Positions 57,011 to 64,000 of a stretch of DNA of 64,000 nucleotides are shown here, one piece after another. How positions within the stretch are numbered: position 1 is the first letter of the stretch; each line of letters begins with the position of its first letter. The translations under genes and the position numbers were made by a program. A model generated the notes under the pieces. That model saw only the letters and a program-made list of their open reading frames with translations, was not told the origin of the DNA and did no database searches. This DNA is from the human T2T-CHM13v2.0 reference genome, Homo sapiens. The stretch is from assembly GCF_009914755.1 (NCBI RefSeq), contig NC_060930.1; one strand, 5' to 3'.

Positions 57011-59109
57011 ACACATTCTAGTTTCTCAAAACGATAGGAGGGAAATTCTAAGACCTGATATTAGGTTATGTACTGCTTGCCAAATATTGAAATCTTTCGT
57101 AACTTTTTTATTATTTATTGTTCTTTAACATTCAATAAGCTGTTAAATTGTTCAGCCTGGTCTCAGGCATGTTTTAGCCTGGAAGGTCCTACTGTGACAA
57201 GAGTGTTAAAGTAGGAGTAGAGAATACATACATAAGCAGCATTGAATTGACAACATTAGTTAGTTAATTCCAGCAAATGTGGGAGAATTTCCATACATAA
57301 TACGTCATGTTCCAGTTCCTACATCCTATCATCTTTCCTAAGTTCCCAAGGTCACCTTTCTAAAACTTAAATGATCTAATGTTCAAATACATTTAACAGA
57401 CAGTTGCTATTTTTTAAATTTTGTTTATGAATTTAAAAAAGAATATGTTGAACTATAAAATACAAATCATAATCCTTTTCCTGAGCTTAATATTTAATGT
57501 TTTCCATTATTGTTAAAATCTTACCATTAAAAATAAGCGGATGTTCTACATTGACTACCATAATCAGGAAAGTAAATAGGCATATAAGCAGCTAAATAAT
57601 CACCTACTTGAAATTCATAACAAAATTGTATTCATGACTTTCTCTTCACTGTTAACTTGTGTCGTAGGAATCATTGATCATACAAAGAAGGTTTCTGTTT
57701 GTTTGTTTTTTTTTTTCAATTTAAGCTACTAGGTTTCCATTTTCTATTACATGAAGAAGTAAAAAGACCATCTTCTAACTTCAAATACCAAAAAACAAAA
57801 ACAGCCTTTTTTTAGTAAAATAAACCATTTCTGAATGTGGAATAAAGTATATTCACCTCAAACTCTGGGTTACAAAAATATTACAGGAATACCAGAAACA
57901 TTCTATAGCATTATTGCTTACAGAAAACACACAGTGTTGCACAGCATTGAACATAAGTGGAGATATGTGTAGCTTCCATAAATTATAAATCAGTGATCAG
58001 AACACAGACTAAAAAATATATGATACAGAAAATGATACAATCCACAGATGAGAAAAAGCACAAATATCACACTACAAGTCTGGCTTCAAAAATCTGTCAG
58101 TTATTTCTTACAGTGTGTTAACTGAAGGAGAACAATAAAGCTGTAGGCTATATGGCCTTGTAGCATTTCAACTGGAGTCTCCTAATTGTGGAGATTCAAA
58201 AGCTATTCTTCCTTTTCAACTCAAAAAAAAAAAAAAGTGATGTTTTCTGACCAGAGGGCAACTTGTTCAAATTTCAGATTGTACTCTTCCTTGCCTCATA
58301 TGATTTTATTACAGTTGGTTTGTAGTGGCACATAACTTTTGCTTACCCAGAAGAATAAAATGATACTTTTTCTCAGCAGTAAATGTTTCAAAATTTGAAC
58401 TTTTGCAACCAATTTTTCTTATACTTTTATTTTATTTAGCTTGATTTAGATGATGTACAAATATAATACATTTCTAAAAGCCTTTATATATATGAAAACT
58501 CTAAGAGAGAGATGATAAATACGGTTCTTATATAAATTAATTAAGACTTTAAAATTAATTGTACCTTTCTATTGAATTAGATAGTATAGGGAAAGCAATT
58601 TAATTTTTTAAATAATTTGTGTATATTAATAATAATTGTCATGATAAATGAACCTATATATTTTAAAGTTAAAATGGAACAGATTGTAAGAATCTGTTCT
58701 CAAAAAGACTGAAGTATGTATAATATTGCAGATAAATGAAATAAACTAACCAAGTACATATTTCCTCCAAAATTTTTTCCTGAATTTTCTGAATATTTCA
58801 GCACATATGCCTTTTATTTTCTTACACTTCAACATTTTATTCATAGATTATATTCTAGTCTTTCAGAAAAAAAGTGGAAATTTCTCCACATTTTACCATA
58901 TACTTGCAGTTTTCAATGTGGATAACATAATTTGAATCCAGTCAAATATTTTAGTAGACTTTGCTGTAGAGACAATGTTTTAAAAGTTTGGTCCAATGTT
59001 CTTCCAAAGAACCAGAGAAGGCATGCATCTTCATGTTCTGAGTTAACTGCAGAACTTTTCTAGATGGAATTTTGTTAATGTAATCCAAAGTATTTTTGAA
59101 GCCAGTTGC

Positions 59110-59610
59110 TTCTAAGGGTTTAAAATATATACTGCTTCAAGACTTGCTACAAGTTTCTCAATTTTATTAGCCTTTCAAAGAGCCAACTTTATATTTCACT
59201 CATTTTCTCTGTTATTTTCTCATTTTCAATTTCAATGATTTCTACTTTTAATTTTCCTCCTTCTCTTTGTGTTGGGTTATTTTTCTTTACAATTTCTAGT
59301 CTGTTGAGATACACTATTCATTTGATGTTTTCCTCATTTCTAATGTAAGCATTTAATGCTGTACATTTCCCTCTCAGCATTACTTTAGCTGCATCCCATA
59401 TATACGTTTGGTGTATTGTATTTTCATCGTCATTCTATTTTATGTAAATGTTAAAAGCTTTCGCTGAGACTTACTCTTTGACATATGGATTATCTGGAAG
59501 TATTTAATTTCCAAGTGTTGAGAAATGTTCCTGTTGTCTTTCTGTTATTGATTTATAGTCAGAGTCCATTTTGGGTGGAGAACACATTTTTGTATGATTT
59601 GAATTATTTT
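59110..59610 (-). mobile_element. Old L1M ORF2 fragment
   Basis: tttccctctcagcattactttagctgcatccca...ttctgttattgatttatagt. Confidence 0.75.
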
Positions 59611-62442
59611 AGATGACTTTTCAAGAGAGCCGACTAGAAGCAGCTAGTGTGTGTGGCTCTTATGGAGGGGAACAGAAGGGGCAAATAAGTACAGTACCTT
59701 CAACTCAAACATTCAGCTACTCACATTGGAATAAATCGAGGAAACAACTTGATCCATAGAGAATGGAGAAAAGCAAGGCAGGACAATGGCCCACCTAGGA
59801 GAGACATGGAGCAAAGGGAAGTTCCCCAACCCAGGAAAGTGGTGAGTGAATGTGCAACCCCAGGAACCCATGCTTCTCCCATGGATCTTAGCAACCTTTG
59901 GGTCAGGAGATCCCCTTGTAAACTCACTCCACTAAACCCAGGCCTTCAGTCTGACACACACAACTGCATGGAATCTCGGCAGAGCAGCCACTCAGGCATG
60001 CACAGAGACCTAAGAGCTTTAGATACTCCAGCTTTCTGGATGTCTTAACAAAAGTAGTTGCAACTTTGGCAAAGAGGGATGTTAGATCTCCGTACATACT
60101 CCTAGGAAAGAGGCTGAATCCAAGGGGCCTACCAGCAATGGCCTTCAGGCCCCACTTCCATGGGCCACACAAGATAAGACCCACTGGATTGGAATTTCAG
60201 CCAGCAACTTCTAGCAGCCTTGTGCCTCCCTGGGATGAAACTCCCAGAGAGAGGGACGGGCTGCCATCTCTGCTCTTTGGGCGACTTAGCTGTTCCAGCC
60301 TTCCGGCTTTGGACAGTCCAAACTGACTGGGGGTGAAAGGGATCCCCCAGTACGGCACAACTTCTCTACCAAAACGTGGCCAGACTGCTTCTTTAAATGG
60401 GTTCCCAATACTGTTCCTCCTCACTGGGCAAGACCTCCCGACCAGGGTCTCTGGACACCCCTCCCAGTGTTCTCCAGCTGATAGAGAACCCATCGCCCTG
60501 GGACGAAGCGCCCAGGGAGAGGGGGCAAAACACTAGTTTTGCTGTTTGGGCAACTTAGCCCTTTTAGCCTGTAGGCTTCGGAGTGCCCTAGGCGACCGAG
60601 GGCTGAAGTGGACCCTCAGCACAGCACAGCTGCTCTATCAAAATGTGACCAGACTACTTTTTAAAGTGGATCCCCAATCCTGTTCCTCCTGACTGGGGTC
60701 TTCAGCCACTTTCCACAAGTGCATTCAGGCTGGCAACAAGCTCATACTCCCTGGGCAGAGCTCCCAGAGGGAGTGGCAGGCCACCATCTTTGCTGCTTTG
60801 TAGCCTTCATTGATGACACCTCTAGGTACCAGAAAATCTGAGGTGACTAGGGACCAGAGCAGACCCCCAGCATACTGCAGCAGCCCTATGGAAAATTGGC
60901 CAGACTGTTATGTGGTTGCCTGTTTCCATATCTCCTCAATGGGCAGGTCCTCCAATCCTGGGCCTCTAGCCATCTTCTGCCAGAGCTGTCAAGTCAGTAG
61001 CAAATCAGCAACTCCCTGGGCAGAGCCTCCCAGGGAAACTGAAAGCCTCTCTGCCACTGCCTCTTCAGTGGAACTGTCCTTACTACCCTTAGACTAACAA
61101 AGGAGCAAAGACCCTAAGTGCCTTATCTATACCTCCAACAAGCTGCGGTCAACCCAAGGATAGGAGACCAGTCTGACTTCCATGGGTCCCAAACACCCCT
61201 TACTGCTTGTCACCAGACAGAGAACCCCAGTCTTGAGCTCACAGCACAGACTCTGCATCCTGGGTTTATTGCACTGAGCAATTGCTGACTCACATCTCTT
61301 CGGGGTGGAGCCCTTAGGAGACAAGCAAAGTGGGGGAGCAGCAAGCCAACTGATGTGGAGCCCACAGGGTTTTGTGCAGGAGCTTCTGCAGCAGAGCATG
61401 GCTAGGGATGACCAACCCTCTAGGTTTGACTTGCTCCCATAAGAGACTTTAGCCCTAGGGGAATTGTCAGACCTGATCTCTGCAGGGTGGTCTTGCACAT
61501 CAGAGAGGGCTGATCTGACCTGAGAACTCTTGGTTTGCTGGCCTCTCCTGGGGCCTCAGCCTGGCCATCCTTGCTTACAGAACAGTCCTGGGTGCCCTGG
61601 GGCTCCACACCATTGCTTCTGTGCTGTTGGATCATGCCTGATCAGTGGGGAGCTCCAGGAGATTGACCCCTACAGTCGCACACCAACCTGCACACTCCAA
61701 CCCCATGCTGCAGCTTCTCCTGAGCCCTCAGAAACTGCCTACATTACTTTGCTGGCATGTGTCTGCACGAGCAGGTTTTGCCTTACTTGCCTCACCAGTA
61801 AGTGTGAGTGCAGTACAACCCCTGACCCTTGTTGACTGCCATTGCAAACAAAGCCTTGGTGGGTACGCAGCCAGCAAGTTCCAACACTGCCAGTACCCCA
61901 AATCTTGTGCTAACACTGCACTGAGAACAGGGGATCCTCCCACACCCCAACCGATCACTCCTGGTTGCAAGGCACACAGAACGCACCCAGACCTGCGCTG
62001 CCCAGCACCCACCCCAAACCAACACCACCTCCAATGCAACAGCTTACAAGTTCTCCAGCAGGTGTCCTCCACTCCCAACCCTCACACCAACTGCTTTGCC
62101 TCTGACACTGTGGTGAAAGCCTGCAGGGAGGCAGGCACCCCAACATCCTCTAGCACTCAGCTGTAGGCTTCTGCACATTGGTCCTCCCAGTGCAGTAGAC
62201 TCCCACTCTCAAGGAGCCAGAGAACAAAGTTGAGGCCCAAAACAAGTCCCCCAGAGTTAGTACATGCAGTCTAGGAGTTGGGATCTGAATGTTGGCCCAC
62301 TAAAATTTTCCAGGAATGACGCCCGGTGACTGAACCCACCTTATATCACAATCAAACCCTCAAGGCCATCAAATAGAATAAAAGAAAAAAAAAATCCAAC
62401 AGTTGGCAGCCTCAAAGATTGAAGGTAGATAAACCCACAAAG

Positions 62443-63482
62443 ATGACAAAGAATCAGTGCAAGAACACTGAAAACTCAAAAAGTCAGAGTACCTTCTTTC
62501 CTCTAAGTGACTGCATTGCTTCTTCAGCAAGGGTTCAGAAGCAGGCTGAGCTGAGATGGCTGAAATGACAGAAGTAGAGTTCAAAATATGGATAGAAGTG
62601 AAGTTCACTGAGCTAAAGGCATATGTTGTAACCCAATGCAAGGAAGCTAAAAATCATGATAAAACATTGCAGGAGCTGACAGAATAGCAAGTATAGAGAA
62701 TAATACAACTGACCTGTTGAGCTGAAAAACATACCACAAGAATTTCATAATGCAATCAAAAGTATTAATAATAGAGTACACCAAGTAGAGTAACAAAGCT
62801 CAGAAGTTGAAGACTACCTTTCTGAAATAAAACAGGTAGATAAGAATAGAGAAAAAAGGAAGAAAAAGAATGAACTAAACCTCCTCTAAATATGGGATCA
62901 TGTAAAGAGACTAAATCTATGACTGACTGGTATACCTGAAAGAAATGAGAAGACTGGCACCAACTTGGAAGAGACATATTTCAGGATATAATCCATGAGA
63001 ACTTCCCCAGCCTAGCTAGAGAGGCTGACATTCAAATTCAGGAAATCAAGAGAACTCCAATAAGATACTCTATGAGAAGATCATCCCCAATTCACATAAT
63101 CATCAGATTCTCCAAGGGCAAAAGAAACAAAAAATGTTAAGGGCAGCTAGAGAGAAAGGCCAGGTCACCAGCAAAGGGAAGCCCATCAGACTAACAGCAG
63201 ATCTCTCAGTTGAAATCATACAAACCAGAAGATAACTGGGGGTCAATATTTAACATTCTTAAAGAAAAGAAATTTCAACCCAGAATTTCATATCTGGCCA
63301 AACTAAACTTCATAAGCAAAGGAAAAATAACATCCTTTTCAGATAAGCAAATGTTGAGGAAATTCATTACCACCAGACCTCCCTTACAAGAGCTCCTGAA
63401 GGAAGCACTAAATATGGAGAGGAAAGATCGTTACCAGCCACCACAAAAACACACTGAAGTAAACAGACTAGTAACACTATAA
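62443..63482 (+). pseudogene. L1 ORF1p, disrupted
   Basis: atgacaaagaatcagtgc start; C-terminal frame IFNILKEKKFQPRISYLAKLNFISKGKITSFSDKQMLRKFITTRPPLQELLKEAL; multiple stops. Confidence 0.9.
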
Positions 63483-63527
63483 AGCAACCACATAAGCAAG
63501 TCTGCAAAATAGCCAGCTAACATTATG

Positions 63528-64000
63528 ATGACAGGATAAAATCCACACATATCATATCAACCTTAAATGTAAATGGGCTTAATGTACCAATTAAAAGACA
63601 CAAAGTGGTAAGTTGGCTAAAGGACCAAGACCCATCAATATGCTGTCTTCAAGAGACCCAAATCATGGCAATGACAGACATAGGCTCAAAATAAAAGGAT
63701 GGAGAAAAATCTACCAAGTATATAGAGAACAGAAAAAAAGTAGCGATTGCAATTCTAATTTCTGACAAAACAGATTTGAAACAGACAAATATCAAAAAAG
63801 ACAAAGAAGGGCATTACATAATGGTAAAGGTTTCAGTTCAACAAAGAAAAATCTCTAACTATTATAAATATATAAGCACCCAACACAGGAGCACCCATAT
63901 TCATAAAGCAAATTCTTAGACACCTTCAAAGAGACTTAGACTCCCAAACAATAATGGTGGGCAATTTTAACACCCCACAGACAATATTAGACAGATCACT
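63528..64000 (+). pseudogene. L1 ORF2p endonuclease N-terminus, disrupted
   Basis: ATG ACA GGA TAA early stop; encodes LNVNGLN, CCLQET and DKEGHYIMVKG-like APE motifs. Confidence 0.9.

Larger units (their letters stand above)
59612..64000 (+). mobile_element. 5'-complete old primate L1 (L1PA13-16/L1P4-type): long 5'UTR, ORF1, start of ORF2; runs off the window
   Basis: Starts caagagagccgactagaagcagctagtgtg; ~2.8-kb GC-rich UTR; ORF1 and ORF2 homology follow. Confidence 0.92.

Noticed and set aside
58677-58699. Perfect 9-bp inverted repeat gaacagatt/aatctgttc
   Set aside because: Expected by chance in 64 kb of AT-rich DNA; not a terminator in this context
59721-62166. Dense ORFs of 60-173 aa on both strands
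   Set aside because: GC-rich L1 5'UTR with no recognisable protein

Overview
AT-rich, CpG-depleted catarrhine primate DNA, most likely human or great ape (AluY, L1PA, THE1, MER11D/HML-7-type LTR). It reads as gene-desert or deep-intronic sequence. I recognise no host protein-coding gene, rRNA, tRNA or CRISPR array. The long ORFs in the track are decayed L1 ORF1/ORF2 pieces, antisense Alu frames, LTR frames or low-complexity artefacts. Roughly half the window is interspersed repeat: about ten L1 fragments (including a 5'-complete old L1P running off the right edge and a 5'-inverted L1MA), eight Alus plus a FLAM, several ERV/MaLR LTRs, a Tigger3/MER7 piece, and L2/MIR relics. I found no convincing novel biological system. 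The most notable details are: an HERV-K-class LTR with an atypical PBS-side junction and a ~13-bp flanking duplication; a THE1A LTR carrying a near-complete PRDM9 hotspot motif; a MER21/THE1A deletion scar; a twin-primed L1; tail-to-tail inverted L1s; a ~600-bp polypyrimidine tract; and a strong RFX X-box. Subfamily names come from remembered consensus features and need RepeatMasker/Dfam confirmation. Boundaries of old repeats are approximate.
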